A DNA stretch of 53,575 nucleotides, filler included, from Bipalium vagum (Eukaryota), in the NCBI GenBank assembly GCA_037834085.1. It is 3 parts of 3 records of this genome, joined end to end, with 100 filler letters (N's around TTAATTAATTAA, not from the genome) between each part and the next. Parts side by side here need not be neighbours in the genome. Positions count along the whole stretch, not along the records: positions 1 to 17,140 come from JBBMKC010077022.1; positions 17,241 to 35,680 come from JBBMKC010029351.1; 1 more part is not named here. One strand, given 5' to 3'. The position numbers and the translations under genes were made by a program. Positions within the stretch are counted from its first letter, which is position 1; each line of letters begins with the position of its first letter. Positions 11,759 through 21,700 of the stretch are shown here, piece by piece. The notes under the pieces were generated by a model that saw only the letters and a list, made by a program, of their open reading frames with translations, searched no databases and was not told the DNA's origin.

Positions 11759-13999
11759 GAGAAAAACGAGGGAGAGGAGTGCATCTGTGAGTGTCTCTAA
11801 TAATGTCTGTCAGCCCAAAAGAATCGCTGTTTTAGTTGTTTCCCTCTCTCTCCCTTCTCGGTTTTATTTTCTGTGTTTTTGTCAATGTCGGTGTCGGTGT
11901 CGATGTCTTAGACTCCCAGTCCTCAGGGCATCCACTGTCGAGCGGTATCTTCAATCTTTCTGTATGTAAATCAATAATAATCGATAGTCGATATCCAATA
12001 ATGAAAATAATTTTAACGTGCAGTGTCGATCAATTTTGTTATTTCTGTAATTGGGAATCATCAATTATTTTTGTCTTTCTGTGTTCGATGATATTTGAAC
12101 TCTATCTATGTTTTCCATTGGCGGTCGATTTCTTCCTCTTCCGCTATTTATCACGTAAGGCCAATTTCTTTTATCTGTTACACCATCACCGCCAACCATT
12201 GTCGTGTGCCACCACTGGTACCGGCGTGGATTGGTGAGTGAGTGATCGGTGTGATGTAACTCATCAAAAATACTTTTTCTATATGTTGCACTCACTCACA
12301 TTTTATCTTTTAAAATGGATACCGTTGTTAACCAATTTTTTGTTGAATTTTGCGGGATGAAACCTAGTCTTCATCACTGTTGTACTAAGAGGAGATGAGA
12401 CATGATAGTTTGTCTATTTTTCCGACAATTATTGTCTTTAAAAAGTAATATTATTATAAGGTTTAAGAAAGGAAAATCGATTTTGCTCATAATTTTTAAA
12501 ATTTCTTCTCTTGATTTTTTTCTTTATTTTAAAAGTCGTCTCATTGGAAAAAGAGGTATAATTGATTTTATCGATTTTTATCTGTTCGATAAAAAGTGCA
12601 AGGTCAAATTCTTTTTTATGCAATCATTCGGTATTATTATCATTATTACTGTGTAAATTAATTTTCAATTAAACAGTTAAATTTATTTTTTGCGATTTTT
12701 AGTGTCAGTTGTCCAATAAAAATTTATGAAAATTTGTATATCTGACAGTGGTTGCCTATTAAATAGAAATAAGAAACGAAGAGAATTGAATGACAGTAAG
12801 AAGAGTACATTTAAAATCTTAAATATGAATTAACTTAGCATAGTTACTTTAGGATAGGTGATGGTGATGTGGTTACAATAGGAATATTTATTCTTCACGT
12901 TATCATTCATATTAATAAGATAAAGGTGTTAATATAAATTAGTAATTGTGATTATTTAAACATAAAAAAAATATCTAATAATCATTTAAAACCCCTTAGT
13001 TGGATGCGATCTTCATTTGTTCTTATACTGCTCAGGTTATATTAAGGATATCTATCAATTTATATAGTACCACAGTCATCAGTACAGAGTATATAAAAAC
13101 AACCAAAAATGAAATTGGAGCGAAAATTAAATTTTCAAGCTAAAACTTGATTAATAAGTCATTTAAAATCAAAAATCCTAATGAACAATTGAAAAGAACT
13201 TTTGTTTATTTTAACTATTCTTGATTTGATTAAAGAATAAATGATTAAAATATTGAAAAATTTAATTATAGTAAAAGTGTATTAACTAAAGAAATACATG
13301 ATAAAATATTCAGAATTTTAAATTAATGAAAATATTTTGAAGTAAATAATAAATTTAAATATCAGATATTAATACAATGTAATTATGAAAGAGATATTTC
13401 TGGCGAAAAACAAGAATAGCTTTATAATATTTTAAACCAGAAAAATAAGATATACAATTATTAAGATAGCACATTGCTCGTTTTATGCTTTCGACGACTT
13501 TCCTCATTGTCTTCTGAAATGTTCATGGGACTGTCGCTATTCCAAAGTGCGTTCTACTAAAACAATAATATCTTTCCTTAGTAGAAAAATAGTCTTGATC
13601 TTTGATGGAAAAAATAAACTTTGCCCACTAAAAGAGCTGAAAACAAGGACAAAAGTGAATTGATTCAAAGTGACATTAATTTAAAGTAATTTTTCTTTTG
13701 AGATAAATAAATTGATTCGAACAAACCTTTATTTCGGAGTCTCAATTAAATTCAGTTTGGGTAATATTTATTTGAATATTAACAGATTGAATGGTATGAA
13801 AGAAATCTCTCTTGTTCTTGATGCACTACTATCTTCTGTAGATTTATCAATTAAATAAATAAAATTCTTAAGATCATGTTTTTTGATTAAAATGACAATT
13901 TAGTATCATTTTTATCTGGTTAATTACACCAATCATTATTTTTGAACTTTGTATTCAATCAAATATTAATTGTGACCGACATGAAATTATTTCGGTGAT

Positions 14000-14250
14000 C
14001 ATGAGTTAAGGGTTTTTGGCATAGTTGATGACTCCAAGAATGCAAACATATTTTTGAAGTTAGTAGGAGACAGGAAGTGTGTCACCTTATTATCTATTAC
14101 AAAAAGCATCGTTGAGCATGACTCCGTTTATATGAGTTATCAGTGAATAAATTATGTTCATCGAAGTGTAAACCACAAGATGGATTTTGTTTACAAGAAG
14201 ACTGGGGTTCACACATAAAAATTAAGTCGATTTTTGGAAACTGAAGACAG
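14000..14250 (+). mobile_element. Merlin (ISXO2-like DDE) transposase relic
   Basis: VFGIVD...LVGDRKCVTLLSI...HRSVNHKMDFVYKKTGVHT matches Merlin WVFG..DR...TL..I..H.TVNH..FV....G.HT; stops present. Confidence 0.75.
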
Positions 14251-14548
14251 AATATTCAATACAACAATTGCTAATCAATTTTTACTTAATAAATTTGCAG
14301 CAAATTTAGGTTTCTTAATTTTTAAAAATTAAAATAATGTAATAAATATCTTTAAGTTAAGTATCATTTTTGAACTTTTTATTCAGTCAAGTATTAATTT
14401 TGACCGAGTCGGTCAAAAAAAGCAAATGTAATTTTAAAATCTTTAATCAAATGTGTAATTCATTCAAATTTTTTTCACTTGGATCTCAATTTTATTAATT
14501 AATTTCATCACTACTATCATTAATATCATATTAATAATGTAGCCATAA

Positions 14549-14975
14549 TGTAGAGGCCGCTAAGGGCTAAGTCTCTCTAAAGCTCGTAATTTATTAAAAT
14601 CAAAAATTAGAGAACTCCTTAATATTACTATTGAGGGTAAAACGTTTCTGTAGATAGTCGTCACTCAAATACCCACGAACTCCAACTTTGGACCTGTAAT
14701 CGTCAGAATTGGTGATGATATCGACATTTTGTTTTACTTTTTAATATAATTAACATTTAATTTTTGATTGATATATAAATTTATATTAATTATTCAATTA
14801 ATTATTATTCAAGACAATTTATTTTTAGTGTGATCGACTATTGAAACATTTGATTTTGTGATTGAAGACATTTTTATTGATTATTTGAGACATTGTGTTT
14901 ATTATTGTTACTTTGATAATAAAGTGTTGTTCGTAGTTAATTTGATTCATTCATTTTGTACACATATTGACAACA
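14549..14975. repeat. Candidate solo LTR
   Basis: About 430 bp bounded by TGT...ACA, with an internal AATAAA and imperfect 4-bp flanks (ataa/gtaa). No second copy is in the window. Confidence 0.3.
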
Positions 14976-16093
14976 GTAAAGAGGTCAGTAAACTTTTCGA
15001 GCTAAGTGTTACGATAACGTTCATTTTAAAATAATAGCGTAACATTATTTTCATTAGGTCCGGATTAGATGCTTTTAGTAATGCATTATTGATGAGATGA
15101 GCCTAACGAGATGGTAGAAGGGAAATTGATTAGCGAATTTCTTCACCAAATTTTTAAATAAATATCAAGTTTTAAGTATTTTAACACTGATTAACCAAAA
15201 AATTAAATTTTCAAAATATTTTTATTAAATCAAAAGTGATGAAAGTTCGTCTACCGTGTTTTGTCGGAAGAAAGAAGAGAGTATCATCCACCAATATTCT
15301 ACAAAAGTACTTTACGATAATTTAGGTAATAATAATAATATTATTATTATTATTGTTTACATAACACAAATGTATAATATTGAATTCGTTACCAGCCATC
15401 AATTCTGTGTACGATTTGTCTTTATTACATAATTTATCTTTTGAAAAAAATTTTGAACAACATTTTCCTCTTATTTTTATTGAATTTATTTTGACGTTTT
15501 ATTTAATCACTAAAATGTTTTTGGTAGCATTTTAAAATTGATTTTCTACTCTTTCTTTTTTTTTTCTTCTAAGCCAGTCAATTTACTTTTTCCATCATTG
15601 ATCAAAGGTCAATTATGCATCTAATTTCCATTGTTATATCTATTAACAACCCATCTCTATTATAACTTACCTGATAGTTCGCTGAATTACAGCAACAATT
15701 ATGGTATATGATATACAATGGTCCGTGTCGATTCAGAGCGCTATTTTGTAAAAATAGTGCTTGGATTAAGCAGTAGCCAGCACATAGTTTCTGCGTCAAC
15801 ATCACTATTCCGTGAATCATTGAAATCGCACTTCTATAATAATTTGAACAATAAAACTATTTTTAAAGAATTGTTGAATAAAAAATTGTATAACAAAATG
15901 AGGTTTCCTTTAAACTAAAGCATTATTTTACTCTTAACCTCTTCTTCTGTCAAACGCTTACCTTTAATTAGTATTACAGACAATAGGAAAGCTTTTTCTG
16001 ACAGCCCAAATATTTTAATTGATAAAAAAGAATTAACCTTCCTAATCGACTGTAATAAGCTGAATCTGACTCAAAAAATGTAAAGCTCTAGAC

Positions 16094-17060
16094 CAGAGGT
16101 TCTCAAAATGTATTCTCTCGTAGAGCCTTTGGCATGTTTTTCGGTTTTGGGTGGACCCCTTGCTATACACTATAAAAGATTTAAGTTTTAACAGTAATGC
16201 AGTTTCTATAATGTGAAAAGGCAAAACATTTTAATATAATTATTAATTTTATTAATTAAATTTAAATAAAAATATTATGGTATCTGTTACAAAAAAAGAA
16301 ATAAGCAAAAAATTGAATTCATTTATTGGGAAAGATGAACTTGATGATTTAATAAAAAATTATCAAAATTTTTCTTGAATTTACTAGTTAGATTTAATCT
16401 CAAATCTCATTGGTTAATGATGTCCAGTTGTGTCATTTTTGTAATTAAATTTGTCACTGCGCTGAAACCTCTTTCCACTAGTTCTAAAGACGTAAAAGAA
16501 ATTAAAACCTTTCTTGCGGTATTCCATAATTCGGGATAAGTAATAGGTATGTCTTTTTGAAGCCAGAAATGTAGATATCCTTTTCTAAACTGTATCTTAA
16601 GCTCTTCGTTAGTACTTATTCCGATCAATTCTTCGTGTAATGTGACATCCGTTTCTTTTATGTGTTACACTATTATTTTATTATGAACACCGTCGTAAAA
16701 CTTAGCTCGCAAGGTTTACTGACCCTTTCATTTTTGTCAATAAGTGTACGCAAATGAACGAATCAAAACAATTTAGGTTTGCCATCTTCAAGATTACATC
16801 GTTATTAGAAAATAATTGATTACCCTATTTTATATTTTAATTAAGTTGTACTTTATAATAAATTATTATTATTATTTTACTTCTGACTCTTTTGCGGTCT
16901 TTAACATATACTTTTTACAAGGGTTAACAGAAATGTGTCTTTGGCTAACCAAACAAATATCACCATATTGATTGATAATTCATTGCAGTATTATCAGCGT
17001 CAAAAAATCCTCAAATCTCGTTTCAAATCTGAATTGAGTGCTTTCAAATGTTGGACATAA
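16094..17060 (-). mobile_element. hAT (Buster-type) transposon 3' part, interrupted by an insertion at 16663-16955
   Basis: C-terminal dimerisation region EELIGISTNEELKIQFRKGYLHFWLQ..YPELW..A...ERGFSAVTNL...DLRLNL...HQVH. The preceding segment YVQHLKAL..D..RFED...IINQYGD lies at 16958-17059. TIR CAGAGGTTCTCAAA at 16094 with an nnnTAnnn flank (ctctagac). Confidence 0.85.
16663..16955. repeat. LTR-like insertion (TG...CA, ~293 bp) splitting the hAT ORF; an inverted second copy starts at 17064 and runs into the spacer
   Basis: It splits hAT codons YGD|IKETD. The reverse complement of its right end matches 17064-17140 (tgtttggttagccaaagacacat vs tgttgggttaaccaagggcatat; taaagaccgcaaaagagtca vs taaagaccgcaaaagggtca). 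Confidence 0.55.
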
Positions 17061-17140
17061 ATTTGTTGGGTTAACCAAGGGCATATCCCTTATAACCTTT
17101 TTAACCTTTAAAACTTAACGTAAAGACCGCAAAAGGGTCA

Positions 17141-17240
17141 NNNNNNNNNNNNNNNNNNNNNNNNNNNNNNNNNNNNNNNNNNNNTTAATTAATTAANNNN
17201 NNNNNNNNNNNNNNNNNNNNNNNNNNNNNNNNNNNNNNNN
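17141..17240. other. Artificial contig spacer N44-TTAATTAATTAA-N44
   Basis: Exactly 100 nt; the central 12-mer has stops in all six frames; an identical copy is at 35681-35780. Confidence 0.97.
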
Positions 17241-18780
17241 CTCTTGCTATACAGCAGCATATTTTTGAATAAATATTGTTTTATTTTTTAATAAAATTAT
17301 ACTTTAATTACTTTTTTTCATCATACACGTTTTTATAATAAAAAAGAGAATTTTATTTTGAAAAAGGGATAATCTTATTCTGAAAATGCAATATAGAAAA
17401 CCCGCAGTAAATTCTAGTCCAAAATTAAGTTTTTTGTCAAAAACTTAAAATATTTGTTAGAGAAAAATTGGAATATACAGTTGAAAAAATATAAATATTG
17501 TCTCAATGTAATTATAGAAAAAAATAAAACATGAAAAATATCTGATCAAAAATTTTAATTATTTTCTACATTATTTCTTTTTAAAATATTAAATTGAAAA
17601 TCAACTAATTTTTTTTTAAAGAATTGAAAAATTTTTCAATAACAATAAAGTTGAGAATTGCTTTAATCTGTAACTAATATTAGATAATATTTTGGATGAA
17701 TATAAGTTTTGTGCAATTAAATAACTGAGCAATTTTTTAAAAATTATCTTACAGTAAATATATTTGTTATTAAATGGGCTTATAGATAGATACTTGGAAA
17801 TAATAATTATTTAAATATTGTATAGGAGTTATATACTTTACACTACAATAATCTGTTTAAAGGGAAGTAATTATTTGTTTCTTAAAAGTAGAGCAATTAC
17901 CCAATTTCTAAGTACCGAGAAATTATTTTGATTATGGCAAAGATATTGGGTGTTTTAATAAGTAAATTTTTAGGAATGAATACTCAAAAATGATAAAATA
18001 TTAATTTCCATAGAAAATGATTTAGAAATATTTAACTAAAAATTTTTAAAGCCCTTTTAATATTCAATTAACTTAAAAATTAGTTGTGCATATTTATAAT
18101 TACAAGTTTTTTATTTTAATTTAGTTTAATTAAAGTTTTGTAAACCAATCAAATAACTTATTACAATTACAATATTTTTAGGTTTCGTATTTGAATAATA
18201 ATTAAAAACTTTTTAATTTTATTAAATATCTTTTTGCAATTCTTCCATTATTTCAGAAATATTTAAAAATATTTGAAATTTATTTTAATTTTTTATTTGA
18301 AAATTCTTAGATAAATTTTTGAATTTTTAAAATAGTATACTAAACATTTACATATTTTTGAAAACTTAATTTTGAAACTTGAAATTTTTTTTACTCTTTA
18401 TCTGTATTTATTGAAATTTTTAAAATTTCTGATAAAATTTCTCAAATTTTCTTTTAAAAATGTTAAAATATGTAAGTTTTTTGAAATGAATTCATGGAAT
18501 CTTATTTTTCAAATTATTAAATAGCGTATCAATTTTTAAAAGTATTATATAATTTTTATTTGTAAATCTTTTATTAATAAGGTAAAAGTAAAATGATTTT
18601 AACAATTTTACTCAGCTTTATGAATGGATTTATCGTTAGTTTTTTATTGATAAAAAATTTGATGCCCTAATTTATATTATAATTATTTATTGATGTAAGA
18701 ACATAAATTTTTATTACTGATAATAAGCATGAATTTTCTATTACTAACTGATGTTTGATATTAAATAAAGTTATATTTAG

Positions 18781-21700
18781 TCCAGTTACACTCAATATCA
18801 TCATTGGAGAGAAGGAAATCTACCAAGCAATTCTAAATGCGAAATTTGTAGGAAAGTTTGTTGGTCCAATGAATGTCTCACAGGTTTTCGGTGTGAATGG
18901 TGTGGAATAACTGTAAGTTTTTTCCATGGTATATATTTATATAGTAAATATAAAATATCAACTTTTTATTAATATTCTTAAGAGATACGATTAATTGTCT
19001 TTGAAATGAAGTACGAAAATCGAAATAAAATCCAAAAATTTATTTAAGAGCATGGAAAAATTCTTTTATTAATTTATAAGTCTAATTTACAATAAACAAT
19101 TCTGCCTCAACTTCATGAGAATTCTGGGAGGTACGTGAAACTTAGGATGAAAAATGGTGACAAAAACTGATATAAAATGTGGTATATATATTTTCTATTT
19201 TTTTCCGATAATTAAGAAAGAATTCTGTAGATTTTCTCAAGTTTTTGATCACTCGAATGGATTTTTTGTATTTTAATTATTTTAAAAATAAAAATTTGAT
19301 ATGTAATAATAAATCCAATTAAATTAAAACCATTAAACAACTTACTCTATTTCTTCACTTAATTAACTCTCATTCTAATTAATAATCTTCAAAAAGAAAA
19401 TTCTATTCTTCAATTACTAGATGAATTTTAGATTTCATCATTTAATGGTTTTAAAAATGGTTATAAACAGAGAATATTTTTGTAGAGTCATGCTGGATGT
19501 TTAAAACAAATTCCTGAAGAATGCACGTTTGGTGACTTGAAAGAAATTCTTCTTCCTCCAAGAGCTGTGTGCCTTCCAAGAACTAAGGTATCAATGGAGA
19601 ATATTATAGGTGTACCTCGATCTAATAACTGTGAGACAGTATTATTTTATTTTTAATAAATGATAGACGTAGTAGTTATTTATTTTTGTTATAATTTTTT
19701 AAAATTATCCAAAAACTAACTGATTTACTTTTATTGATTTATATTTAATAATTTGTTATTTTTCTATAACTGAAATAATAAAATTAATATGAAATTTTAT
19801 TCAAATTAATAATGTTTTGATATTACAAGATTAACTTTGAAGTTAATAGTAGGATATTTTCCAATACTAAATTTCAGACTCAAATATTGGAGTTGATTAT
19901 ATTTATAGTGTATGAATGAAGTAGTAATACTCAAATGGAAAGAATGTCTTGAGTACGTTCTAATTTATACTGTGAGAAATGGTAAAATATTTCATAGTTT
20001 GGCAACATCATTTTTTTTGTTGAGACTAACAAAATTGGAGGTCCAGGATCGAAATAGATGAATCTCTGTTGACCAAAATAAATATCGTCGAGGTAGAAAA
20101 TTAAGTGACCAAAAAACGGTTTTTGCTGGCGTTAAATGCCAAAATAAACAGAATTTCTTTTTCAAATTTTGTGGAAAAAAGGAACAAAAAAATTTTATTT
20201 CCAATATATAATACGTACTTTGCCTGGAACGATAATTATCAGTTGTTTATCAGCCTATCATAATTTTTCTGTTACTGCCTCAGATGATGTATACCCACAA
20301 AATATTGGAATTCGCACGCAAAACATCAAGGTACAATGGAAAAATCTCAAACTAAAATAAATGAAGCACCAATTATATTAATATAAATATTATATAAATA
20401 ATATTGAAAATCGTATTGTTGATTTAGATTATCGAAAAATATTTGGAGACAATTGTTTGATAACTTGTAGAGCAATTAAATAAATATTTCTGATTTATAA
20501 TTCTATTGTTCTATTGAAATTATTTTTGATCATCTTAAGTTAATGAAAATAATAATTTGAAACTAAAAAACGAATAATGTATTTTTTAACCGTCATCAAA
20601 AATGAAATATTTATATTTATTTTAAAAGAAAATATAATATTATTATTAATAGATAATATTATCAACAAAAATCTATATTTTAATAAATTTAGCTCGCTTT
20701 GCTCCAGGAACGTGGTCAAGTGATGAAGAAAGTAAAGAAGACAGTTTTGTAGAGAAGAAATCTCCTAAAGAACAGTCGGAAAAAGAGTCATCGGATGGTT
20801 AATTTATGTTTTTAGTTTTTGTTAATTAAATCAGACATTTTTAGTTTTAAAATAATTAGTTGAATTTAATTTAATAAATTTCTTATAATTTAACGTAAAT
20901 AGCATATATAAATTATTAAGTAAACATAAAATTTAGTTAACAGGATTTCTTTATTTTATAGTTTATAAATATATGCTCTAATCTATATCAAAATCTTTTA
21001 ATTAAAATATTTTTTACATTTAAATAAATCTTTTAATTAAAATATTTTTTAAATTTAAATAAATATTTTCTTTTTTGTTGATCAATTAAAAAAATGATTA
21101 CTTTCAGAATACGTAAAGGTATTTGATGGTAATAGTAGTCTAAAGCGCAAAACATATCGCTGCTTCAACTTTAATAAATCAATGTCACCACAAAATGCAG
21201 TTGAACAATGTCTGAAGTCATTTCATTTACCTGGAAAAACTGACGAATATTATATGGTTGAAATAAATGAAAAAGGCTAGCAAGTTTTTATATTATATCG
21301 ATCCATTTACAAAATATTAATATTACACATATCATGATATTACATGTCAAATATTTATAGTATGTATTCAAATCATTGATTGGTTCACTTATCACTTCTA
21401 TATATTGCTATGGGTTGTATCGATGAAAAAGTAACTAGCTAATATTTATTAGGTTGTAACAATTTTTCTTGAATTTAATGTATTATAGTTTTTGTTTAAC
21501 CAGATTATATTTATTTATTAGTAAATACATTTATTTGAAATGTTTTAGTTATTAACAAAATTATAGTAAGTATTTTGATATCATTTAATTTTTTAAAAAA
21601 TCCACAGGTTTGAAATGAAATGCAAATTTGATCAAAAGCACCATTTTCGACACCTATTATTTTATTTTTATCGCGGTAAGAAAGTAGCAGAAGCTGTCTA

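Noticed and set aside
11787-12656. ORFs downstream of the FZR1 stop (e.g. 133 aa at 11836-12237)
   Set aside because: No recognisable motifs and low-complexity hydrophobic composition; probably 3' UTR (AATAAA near 12715).
15602-15990. Minus-strand exon-like segments with CAG|GTAAGT and AAG|GTAAGC donors
   Set aside because: No frame gives a recognisable protein and no consistent exon chain could be built.
17185-17196. TTAATTAATTAA palindrome as a biological motif
   Set aside because: It is embedded in Ns and repeated identically at 35725-35736; an artificial spacer.
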